Shown piece after piece: positions 8,607 through 15,797 of a stretch of DNA of 64,000 nucleotides (positions within the stretch are counted from its first letter, which is position 1; the number at the start of each line of letters is the position of its first letter). This stretch comes from Cyclobacteriaceae bacterium (lineage in GTDB: Bacteria > Bacteroidota > Bacteroidia > Cytophagales > Cyclobacteriaceae): positions 41,026-105,025 of the forward strand of contig JAYTVB010000046.1 in the NCBI GenBank assembly GCA_043744235.1, written 5' to 3'. The translations under genes and the position numbers were made by a program. Below the pieces are notes generated by a model. The model did not search any database, had not been told where the DNA came from, and saw only the letters and a program-made list of their open reading frames with translations.

Positions 8607-8917
8607 TGAATATGTCCAGTGTATCGTTTTCACAATTGATACAGAGCGAAAAGCCAACCTTTGTTGATTTCTCGGCTGAGTGGTGCGGACCATGCAAGAT
8701 GATGGCACCCGTCCTGGAAGAACTGAAATCCAAAGTAGGGGACAAGGCAAAAGTAATCAAGGTGGATGTTGACAGGAATCCTTCTGCGGCCGCCGCTTAC
8801 CAGGTTCGGACAGTGCCTACCCTGATGATTTTCAAGAACGGGCAAGTAGTGTGGAGGCAGTCGGGGGTGGTCCCTTCGGCCTACCTGAAACGGGTCATCG
8901 AGCAGCACTACAACTAG
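8606..8917 (+). CDS. trxA: thioredoxin
   Basis: 103 aa. WCGPCK active site. Its start overlaps the OsmC-like stop. Confidence 0.9.
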   Translation: MNMSSVSFSQLIQSEKPTFVDFSAEWCGPCKMMAPVLEELKSKVGDKAKVIKVDVDRNPSAAAAYQVRTVPTLMIFKNGQVVWRQSGVVPSAYLKRVIEQHYN

Positions 8918-8961
8918 GGTGGCCAGCTTCTTGTTTCAATTACCGCTGGTGAATATTACCT

Positions 8962-9753
8962 TTGGATATGGTGCATTCATGGGATTCGGTAAGATTACTG
9001 GCACTTCTTCCCATATGCTGTTTCCTCACCATTCCTTCATTTTCTCAGATTGATTCGTTTGGAGCGGATTCATCAAAGATGAAATCCGTTGATTATGATA
9101 CCTCCGGGTACCATGACCGCTTTCATATATACATCTATCCGCAGGTAGCCATACCGCTGGGCGAACTGCGGCAGGTTATCCAGAATACCTACGGCAATGT
9201 TGGCATCGGCGTTGCGATTGGCGCCATGGTCAACCCGATGCCCAGGAACAAGCCTTCCCCTTTTCTGATCGGCCTCGATTTTGGATACCTCATCTACGGC
9301 GTAGACAAGATTCCTGCCAATGCGGTTCATGGCAACATCAAATCTTCTTTCAATGTCTATTCCATTGGTATCTCCGGCCGGTTGATGGCCAGCCAGCACA
9401 AAAAATTTACCCCTTTTATAGATGGTGTGCTGGGAGCAAAAATATTCAACGTAACCACAAAGATTGATAAGAACCTCATTCAGACGCTCGTCAATTCTGA
9501 TCCGGAAGTCATTGATTCCTATGACAACGCCACCTTAAGTTATTCAGTGGGTGTGGGGTTCTTCAACCGAAGGCCCGGCAATAACTTCGGACGTGGTTCA
9601 TTCTCCGTGCGCTTTCTCTATACCTGGGGCATGGAAACAAAGTACGTGCCCCGGAACTCTGTTTACATTGATGCAAACAACAACATTCAGTACTCGACCG
9701 ACAATACGCATACCGACATGTTCCTGATTCAATTCGGCCTGATGCTTTACTAA
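8962..9753 (+). CDS. hypothetical secreted / outer-membrane beta-barrel-like protein
   Basis: 263-aa ORF (TTG 8962 or ATG 8968). Signal-like LLALLPICCFLTIPSFSQ, alternating beta-strand-like pattern and an aromatic C-terminus. Confidence 0.55.
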   Translation: MDMVHSWDSVRLLALLPICCFLTIPSFSQIDSFGADSSKMKSVDYDTSGYHDRFHIYIYPQVAIPLGELRQVIQNTYGNVGIGVAIGAMVNPMPRNKPSPFLIGLDFGYLIYGVDKIPANAVHGNIKSSFNVYSIGISGRLMASQHKKFTPFIDGVLGAKIFNVTTKIDKNLIQTLVNSDPEVIDSYDNATLSYSVGVGFFNRRPGNNFGRGSFSVRFLYTWGMETKYVPRNSVYIDANNNIQYSTDNTHTDMFLIQFGLMLY

Positions 9754-10388
9754 TGACGCATATGGAAACCAGGGATCATTGGGATAAAATCTATTTGACC
9801 AGGCAGCCAACAGAGGTTAGTTGGACCCAGGCTGTTCCAGAAACCTCCCTGAATCTGATTCATTCCTTTGGTCTACCGCGGACTGCGGGCATCATTGATA
9901 TTGGCGGCGGGGACAGCAAATTGGTCGACTTCCTGCTGGATGAAGGATTCGAAGACATCACGGTTCTTGACATTTCAGAACATGCGCTCTCCAGGGCCAA
10001 AGTACGATTGGGCAAAAGGGCGAATCAAATCAAGTGGATAATATCTGATATTACCACTTTCGAGCCTGATCGAGAATATGACCTGTGGCATGATCGTGCC
10101 GCCTTTCATTTTCTGACTGCGCCAATACAGGTTGTCAAATACATCGGCACAGCCCTCCGCTGTGTACCCGAAGGTGGCTATGTCATTATCGGTACATTTT
10201 CAGAAACGGGCCCTGATAAATGCAGCGGGCTTGAAATCCGGAAGTATTCCGAAGCAATGCTGCAGGAAGAACTGTCCAGGGGTTTCAAAAAGCTGAAGTG
10301 CCTGACGGAAGACCACGTCACTCCGTTTGGGAAAATTCAAAATTTTATCTTCTGCGGTTTCCAAAGGACAAAAGCATCATCCTTGTAA
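9753..10388 (+). CDS. class I SAM-dependent methyltransferase
   Basis: 211 aa. Motif I IIDIGGGDSKL. Its start overlaps the stop of the upstream ORF. Confidence 0.75.
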   Translation: MTHMETRDHWDKIYLTRQPTEVSWTQAVPETSLNLIHSFGLPRTAGIIDIGGGDSKLVDFLLDEGFEDITVLDISEHALSRAKVRLGKRANQIKWIISDITTFEPDREYDLWHDRAAFHFLTAPIQVVKYIGTALRCVPEGGYVIIGTFSETGPDKCSGLEIRKYSEAMLQEELSRGFKKLKCLTEDHVTPFGKIQNFIFCGFQRTKASSL

Positions 10389-10389
10389 T

Positions 10390-10749
10390 TCAGGGGGTCT
10401 TTGCTCCCTGGTTAATCCAGCATTCGATCCTGGCTTTTTCAACCGGCGACAATTGGGGCATATTGGATGGCGGCATCGCCCGATTGGACAATTGCGTGAG
10501 GATATCGCCCGCATTGCTTTGTGCCTCGGAGTATGAATTCAACTCGCCGATGTACGGGTTCGAACCATTGTGACAACCAGCAACAGCGCATTTTCCGTGG
10601 ATGACCGGACTCACTTCGGTTTCCCAACTGACCGGATTGCCGGGACTGCATGCGGGGATGACGGTTTCGGGTGAGTCATGAACACAGGCCGAATTCCCTG
10701 CAGAAAACAATACTACCGCAATCAACTCCTTGGCCCGTATCACGGCCAA
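10390..10749 (-). CDS. small lipoprotein with cytochrome-c-domain-like (PSCyt1-like) segment, non-canonical C-x4-CH
   Basis: 119 aa. Lipobox-like LFSAGNSAC. GKCAVAGCHNG ... MPPSNMPQLSPVEKARIECWINQGA resembles the planctomycete-type cytochrome c domain pattern. The start codon is uncertain (TTG). Confidence 0.4.
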   Translation of the reverse strand: MAVIRAKELIAVVLFSAGNSACVHDSPETVIPACSPGNPVSWETEVSPVIHGKCAVAGCHNGSNPYIGELNSYSEAQSNAGDILTQLSNRAMPPSNMPQLSPVEKARIECWINQGAKTP

Positions 10750-10887
10750 AAGGTACGCGGCTTCTGTTTGGCATATGTTAACTTGTTGTTATGCGGGTAT
10801 TAAGTTGGGAAGCGGTTTGGACCAAATATGGCCCGAACTTTATCGATGCTATGATGACCCCTTGAAGAAATTCAGGAAGAAGAAAGG

Positions 10888-12549
10888 TTAATGTTCTGCC
10901 GCAGTTGCCTTGATGCTGATGGCCATCCTCAAGGCCTCATAGGCATTCACCAGCCCGCCGCTGTTGCTCAGGGCATTGAAATCGGTCTTGCCACCGCCTG
11001 GCTTTTCCACTTTTAGTCCATCGAACCTTCTGCCGGATTTTTTCAGGATATCAATGATTTGTAACGAGGAGAGCTCGGGGAAGTATGAAAGCAGCAGGGC
11101 GGCCACACCGGTGGCAGTAGGCGCCGCCATGCTGGTGCCGCTCATGCTTTTATATTGATTGCCGGGGATGGTGGCGTAGATATCAACTCCCGGTGAAAAC
11201 ACATCGACCGATTTCTTTCCGTAATTCGAGAAATCAGCCACCAGGTTTTCATCGGAGTTCCAGCTGGAAGCGCCTACCTCCAGCCAGTTTTTGGCTTCCT
11301 TTCCGTCGAGGTAATAGCGGGAGGGAAAATCTTTCTGGACATCGATGTCCTGGCTGTCGTTGCCGGCCGCATGCACCAGGATGACTCCTTTTTGTTCGGC
11401 GTACCGGACGGCTTCATCCACCACGTCCTTGTTGGGTGAAAAGCCTTTTCCAAAGCTCATGTTCACAATCATCGCGCCGTTGTCAACGGCATACCGGATC
11501 GCATTGGCCACATCCTTGTCGCGCTCGTCGCCGTTGGGCAGCATCCGCACAGACATGATTCGCACATGATCGGCAATGCCTTTGATTCCCAGGTTGTTGG
11601 TGCGATCGGCCGCGATGGTGCCGGCTACATGGGTCCCGTGACTGGCATCGGGTCCTTTCACATCGTTGTTGCCATAGTGCTTTTCCCGCGGATTGCTGTA
11701 GTCATCTCCCACAATGGCACGGGGGTTGAATTCCTCGTTGTATCCGTATTCAACCATGGAGGCATACTCATCCAGGCCTTCCTTGTAGTAGGCCACGGAT
11801 TCTTTCCAGTTGATGACCATGGAGTCAACATCCGTCTCGCCTGTATTCTTCAGCATCCGCATGATGAGTCCTTTGTTGAACAGGAGGTTGGGATCGGTTG
11901 TCTTCATTGTGATCACATCTTCGGGTGTCAGCTTCTCTTTGTGAAGGACTGACTTGAGGGTGTCGACGCTCTCCACCAGGTTTTTTTCGAGGTTGGCATA
12001 CAGGGTATACTGCTGCCTGAACCGGTTGTATTGCTCTGACTCTTTAGCCTTGCGCTCTTCGAATTTTTCCTTGTAGGATTTATATAATTCGTAATCCCGC
12101 TTTTCTTTTTTCGGAACGGTCTTTTCAGCGAGGGTGCTGAACTTGCTTTTCAGCCTGACGTACTCGCGGGTGAGTTCGTACGTGTCATCATTCACATTGC
12201 CTTCTTTTCCACCGATGAAGTTCCATCCATGGACGTCATCGATGTACCCGTTTTTGTCGTCGTCGATGCCATTCCCGGGGATTTCATTTGGGTTGGTCCA
12301 GATGACACTTTTCAAATCCTCGTGATCGGTATCAACCCCCGTGTCCACCACCGCGACAATGACCGTCCGGGCCAGCCGGTCTTTGAGCAGGGTCTCATAG
12401 GCCCTTTCGACACTGAGTCCCTGAACGTGGTTTGTTTCAGGATCGCGCAGGTACCAGTCAGCGGGAGGATCCGCCGCCGTTTGCGATAAAGCGTTGAAAA
12501 AGCCACCCAGTATGAACAGGCTGCCGAGTAATGTGGTACGGTGCTTCAT
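10888..12549 (-). CDS. S8 family (subtilisin-like) serine peptidase
   Basis: 553 aa with a signal peptide. Catalytic triad motifs VAVVDTGVD, HGTHVAGTIAA and SGTSMAAPTATG. Confidence 0.9.
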   Translation of the reverse strand: MKHRTTLLGSLFILGGFFNALSQTAADPPADWYLRDPETNHVQGLSVERAYETLLKDRLARTVIVAVVDTGVDTDHEDLKSVIWTNPNEIPGNGIDDDKNGYIDDVHGWNFIGGKEGNVNDDTYELTREYVRLKSKFSTLAEKTVPKKEKRDYELYKSYKEKFEERKAKESEQYNRFRQQYTLYANLEKNLVESVDTLKSVLHKEKLTPEDVITMKTTDPNLLFNKGLIMRMLKNTGETDVDSMVINWKESVAYYKEGLDEYASMVEYGYNEEFNPRAIVGDDYSNPREKHYGNNDVKGPDASHGTHVAGTIAADRTNNLGIKGIADHVRIMSVRMLPNGDERDKDVANAIRYAVDNGAMIVNMSFGKGFSPNKDVVDEAVRYAEQKGVILVHAAGNDSQDIDVQKDFPSRYYLDGKEAKNWLEVGASSWNSDENLVADFSNYGKKSVDVFSPGVDIYATIPGNQYKSMSGTSMAAPTATGVAALLLSYFPELSSLQIIDILKKSGRRFDGLKVEKPGGGKTDFNALSNSGGLVNAYEALRMAISIKATAAEH

Positions 12550-12946
12550 GGTCGAAATCTCCGTTGACTTGTGTCTATAGCCGGCAAATTACAAGCCAGC
12601 CGCGCGAATGGGAAGAAAATGTGAAAAAGAGCCGAAAATCTTACTTCTGACGGCAATACCCGGAGATCGACAGGCCAGTCCAGGGTGTGCCGGTGATATT
12701 TGATCTCAACAAACCACGGACGATATGATACCACTGAGCCTGCTTTCCGTTGCCGTCTTCTATTCCCTGTTCTTCTATTTTGTTGTATCCACGAACCGTC
12801 GCGCCTCCGTCTCAACCGGTGCGGGTCACAGTTACCACCGGCTGAGCCTTACTTCGGCAGGCTCAATCTGACTTCGGCGAATCAGCGGGACAAGTTTCAT
12901 TGAGGGAATGCTCCCCTCGGGGAGACCTAGGCCCGCAGGCCCTTTA

Positions 12947-12984
12947 AAACAAAAAACCCAACTATATTCTAGTTAGGTTTTTTT
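12947..12984 (-). terminator. hairpin terminator downstream of the tRNA-Leu pair (bidirectional shape)
   Basis: Stem AACCCAACTA (12955-12964) / TAGTTAGGTT (12970-12979) with one mismatch. It is flanked by an A-tract (12947-12956) and a T-tract (12978-12984). Confidence 0.55.
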
Positions 12985-12987
12985 AAG

Positions 12988-13069
12988 TGCCGAAGGCGGG
13001 ACTCGAACCCGCATACCTTGCGGCACACGCCCCTGAAACGTGCGTGTCTACCAATTTCACCACTTCGGC
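12988..13069 (-). tRNA. tRNA-Leu (anticodon CAG)
   Basis: I folded the cloverleaf manually. Acceptor GCCGAAG, D-arm GTG/CAC, anticodon stem CACGT/GCGTG with loop TTCAGGG, long variable arm, T-arm GGGTTCGAGTCCC. No encoded CCA. Confidence 0.85.
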
Positions 13070-13115
13070 GTTCTCCTCACCCTCTCCAAACGGGAGAGGT
13101 GCAGGGGTGAGGTTG

Positions 13116-13197
13116 TGCCCGGGACTGGACTCGAACCAGCATACCTTACGGCATACGCCCCTCAAACGTACGTGTCTACCAATTTCACCACCCGGGC
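13116..13197 (-). tRNA. tRNA-Leu (anticodon GAG)
   Basis: I folded the cloverleaf manually. Acceptor GCCCGGG, anticodon stem TACGT/GCGTA with loop TTGAGGG, long variable arm, T-loop GGTTCGAGTCC. Confidence 0.85.
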
Positions 13198-13625
13198 AGG
13201 TCTTACAAGCAGGGGCGGCAAAGGTAAAAACCTTTTGATAACCTCCCAACCCCATATTCTAAAACATCAGGGAAGGCCTGGGTTCTGAACCTGGCCTCAC
13301 GGAGTCGCCTCAGCATGTACGGTTGGTCTGTTGGACGGGATTTGCAAATTTGCAATCCCGGCCTGCACCATGGTAAGTACACCAGGTCCACCGAACGGGA
13401 AGGCCCACGGAGTTGAAAAAGGGTAGCTTCAGGTTGCCCAATCCAGACATGATAAAAATCATCTCCGGGTCTGATGTTTGGTCCTTCGACCTTGCTTCAC
13501 AATAACGGATTGCAGGCATATTTTCAGTACTTCCCTCAGGTATTAAAAGTCATATGTCCAAATAACAACCGTCATCGCAAAGGTTTGAATTTCATGCTAA
13601 ACTCGGTATATCAAACACCGAAGCC

Positions 13626-14327
13626 ATGTTGTACTGGGAAGCCAAAAAAAACCCGCGCGCAGACCTGAATCGGGTACGTCCCCTGATCTTCAGCGTCAGT
13701 CTGGTCATTACGATGCTCCTTGCCATCACTGCATTTGAATGGAAAACCTATGACAAACCGGGAGAGCTGCTGGCGCAAAAGCACAAGAATGATTTTGAGC
13801 AGATACTGGATATACCACCGACAGAAATAGCGCCGCCGCCACCGGTGAATGTAAAGGTGCCGGTGATCATTGAGGTGTCCGACGAGGAGGAAATACAAAA
13901 GGAAGTGAATGTTGACCTGGATATGGAGATGACCAGCGAGACGGTGATGCAGACCTATACGTACAAAGCACCCGAACCGCCCAAGATTGAAGAGGAAGAA
14001 TCAGAGAAGATATTCGTGGTGGTTGAACAGACTGCGGCACCGCGCGATGGCATGGCAGCCTTTTACAAGTATGTATCTGAAAACATTCACTATCCGGGGC
14101 AAGCCAGGCGCATGGGCATTGAGGGCAGGGTATTTGTCCAGTTTGTGGTGGGCAAAGACGGTTCACTTTCTCAAATGGAGGTCATTAAGGGAATCGGCGT
14201 TGGATGTGATGAGGAAGCCCTCCGCATCATTACGAATTCTCCACCCTGGCAGCCGGGCAAGCAGCGGGGCAAGCCGGTGAGGCAGCGCATGGTGCTCCCG
14301 ATCTTTTTCAGACTGGAGAGAATTTAG
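13626..14327 (+). CDS. TonB family energy transducer
   Basis: 233 aa. N-terminal TM helix, Pro/Glu-rich linker and C-terminal TonB domain YPGQARRMGIEGRVFVQFVVGKDGS. Confidence 0.85.
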   Translation: MLYWEAKKNPRADLNRVRPLIFSVSLVITMLLAITAFEWKTYDKPGELLAQKHKNDFEQILDIPPTEIAPPPPVNVKVPVIIEVSDEEEIQKEVNVDLDMEMTSETVMQTYTYKAPEPPKIEEEESEKIFVVVEQTAAPRDGMAAFYKYVSENIHYPGQARRMGIEGRVFVQFVVGKDGSLSQMEVIKGIGVGCDEEALRIITNSPPWQPGKQRGKPVRQRMVLPIFFRLERI

Positions 14328-14431
14328 GGCTGATATTTCCACTTTACCAGGAGAACACGGGGCGACCAATCACAACATTTGGCTACAATGAAGGGTGGTA
14401 ATGTCCGATTGGTTTGAAAGCAAAACAGGCC

Positions 14432-14666
14432 GCTCCTACGGAGCTTGTCATCAGGGTTGCACAATAGATTCAACAAACAGGCTGCTCCTCCGGAGCAATT
14501 GTGATCACCGATTGTCGCGAAATGTGCACGACAGGTGCATATTCTTCCCGGCTCCGTACGAGCGACCTGTTTGTGGCACCGTCAAGGTGCGTTCCGTTCG
14601 CAGCTCCGTAGGAGCGACCCGTTTGTAGCACCGTCAAGGTGCGTTCGGTTCTAGCTCCGTAGGAGC
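14432..14666. repeat. array of five GCTCC-N3-GGAGC hairpin units, the last 2.4 forming a 51-52 bp tandem repeat
   Basis: Hairpins at 14432-14444, 14484-14496, 14551-14563, 14603-14615 and 14654-14666. Units 14551-14602 and 14603-14653 are near-identical, and each also contains GCACCGTCAAGGTGC. Confidence 0.8.
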
Positions 14667-14741
14667 GGCCCGTTGCATTTCGTCTTGTTTTTGAGATTTC
14701 AAGCCCGCGCAGGCGGATTAGTTCGCGACAATTTCCAGTAC

Positions 14742-14840
14742 CCAGACATTCTTCAGACGATCACCAGACATTTGCCAGACATTTGCCATACAATCACCAG
14801 GCAATTACCAGACAAGCGCCAGACGATCACCAACGGCTAT
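14742..14840. repeat. 8-9 tandem 11-bp units starting CCAGAC (helically phased array)
   Basis: Units start at 14742, 14753, 14764, 14775, 14786, 14797, 14808, 14819 and 14830: CCAGACATTCT, TCAGACGATCA, CCAGACATTTG x2, CCATACAATCA, CCAGGCAATTA, CCAGACAAGCG, CCAGACGATCA, CCAACGG... Confidence 0.8.
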
Positions 14841-15018
14841 ACACAACTGCTGGGGTGGGTGTATATGTGATATGAGCTACGAATAATGGTTAAGTAAGAC
14901 ATTTCGACCCTGGCTTGGAGGCGTCTTTCAACCTTTCCACCGATTCCCTGACTTTGAAATTACTTTAAAATCAAAAAAGAAGGCAGCCACACTTGCATGT
15001 AACTGCCTCATATTTAAG

Positions 15019-15090
15019 AGCCGAGAATCAGGATTGAACTGACGACCTGCTGATTACGAATCAGCTGCTCTACCGCTGAGCTACCTCGGC
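15019..15090 (-). tRNA. tRNA-Thr (anticodon CGT)
   Basis: 72-nt cloverleaf folded manually. Acceptor GCCGAGG, D-arm GCTC/GAGC, anticodon stem GCTGA/TCAGC with loop TTCGTAA, T-loop TTCAATC. Confidence 0.85.
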
Positions 15091-15143
15091 AATCTTAATG
15101 CTGTTCTAGGGTTGAAAGTTCAAATGTTCAAAGTGCCCCCGAA

Positions 15144-15238
15144 TTGAACCTTGAACCCTTGAACCTCGAACCCTTGAACTTTGAACCTTGAACCCTTGAA
15201 CTTTGAACTCTTGAACCTGGAACATTGAACCCGGAACT
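15144..15238. repeat. about 13 tandem 7-8 bp units TTGAACY(C)
   Basis: Unit starts at 15144, 15151, 15159, 15166, 15174, 15181, 15188, 15196, 15203, 15211, 15218, 15225 and 15233. The array is preceded by the TTGAA/TTCAA inverted motif at 15111-15135. Confidence 0.85.
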
Positions 15239-15286
15239 TCCCAAAGGAATCCCAAAAATAGGCGCAAAAAAATTACCTTGGCCCTC

Positions 15287-15721
15287 ATGCTTTCAAAAAA
15301 GTGCAAGTATGCCATCCACGCCCTCGTTTACCTCGCGGAACGGTACCAGCAGGGCCCTGTCCACATCCAGGAAATAGCTGAAGAACAGCATATTCCAAAG
15401 AAATTTCTCGAAGCCATCCTCCTCGAACTCCGCAACGCCAAGGTTCTGCACAGCAAGAAAGGCAAGGGGGGAGGATATTACCTCTACAAAAAGCCGGAAG
15501 ACGTCAACCTGGTGGAAATCATCCGCCTCATGGACGGAGCCATCTCGCTGCTGCCGTGTGTCTCCCTCAATTACTATGAGGCGTGCGATGAATGCCCTGA
15601 CGAAGTTACCTGCGGCATCCGCGACGCCTTTTCCGGAGTCCGCGATGAAACACTCAAACTCCTTTCCAGGAGCACCCTGGCCCACATCGTCAAGAGACAA
15701 CGGGACCTCGGAAGGAAGTGA
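15287..15721 (+). CDS. Rrf2 family transcriptional regulator (possible Fe-S/redox sensing)
   Basis: N-terminal wHTH MLSKKCKYAIHALVYLA. Cys cluster C-x8-C-x2-C-x5-C (PCVSLNYYEACDECPDEVTC). ATG 15287 is preferred over TTG 15278. Confidence 0.85.
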   Translation: MLSKKCKYAIHALVYLAERYQQGPVHIQEIAEEQHIPKKFLEAILLELRNAKVLHSKKGKGGGYYLYKKPEDVNLVEIIRLMDGAISLLPCVSLNYYEACDECPDEVTCGIRDAFSGVRDETLKLLSRSTLAHIVKRQRDLGRK

Positions 15722-15797
15722 TTGAAAATTATTAATCTACTGATTTGATAGACTTTTAATATCTTTACGATCCGATACACTTAAACATCCATATACC

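Noticed and set aside
12546-12903. ORFs 12546-12815 (minus strand) and 12700-12903 (plus strand) in the peptidase-tRNA gap.
   Set aside because: They are Arg-rich or low-complexity translations with no motifs, and they overlap each other. The region is treated as non-coding.
12983-13288. ORFs 12983-13255 (minus strand), 12987-13238 (plus strand) and 13040-13288 (plus strand).
   Set aside because: They simply read through the two tRNA-Leu genes and their spacer, so they are not coding.
13198-13625. SRP RNA, cobalamin riboswitch, 6S, tmRNA or RNase P RNA in the tRNA-tonB gap.
   Set aside because: ACCAGGTCCACCGAACGGGAAGG loosely recalls the SRP helix 8 region. However, the GGAA tetraloop/AGCA symmetric-loop context and other conserved cores (B12 box, RNase P GAGGAAAGTCC, tmRNA tag or T-arm) are absent.
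14432-14666. Possible CRISPR array (regularly spaced palindromic repeats).
   Set aside because: The repeat core is only 13 bp. The spacers are themselves homologous to each other, forming a 51-52 bp tandem unit. Spacing is irregular (about 51-67 bp). No cas genes are in the window. The array fits a REP-like or tandem repeat, not CRISPR.
12947-15290. An integrated mobile element at the tRNA-Leu or tRNA-Thr loci.
   Set aside because: There is no integrase, excisionase, transposase or phage gene nearby. I could not find a direct repeat of either tRNA 3' end elsewhere in the window. Only non-coding repeats are present, and these are reported separately.
14395-15315. ORFs 14395-14628, 14673-14870 and 15106-15315 in the repeat-rich region.
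   Set aside because: Their peptides are direct translations of the hairpin, 11-bp and heptamer repeats (for example TITRHLPD/TITRQLPD and FKVQGFKVQ). Coding potential is not supported.
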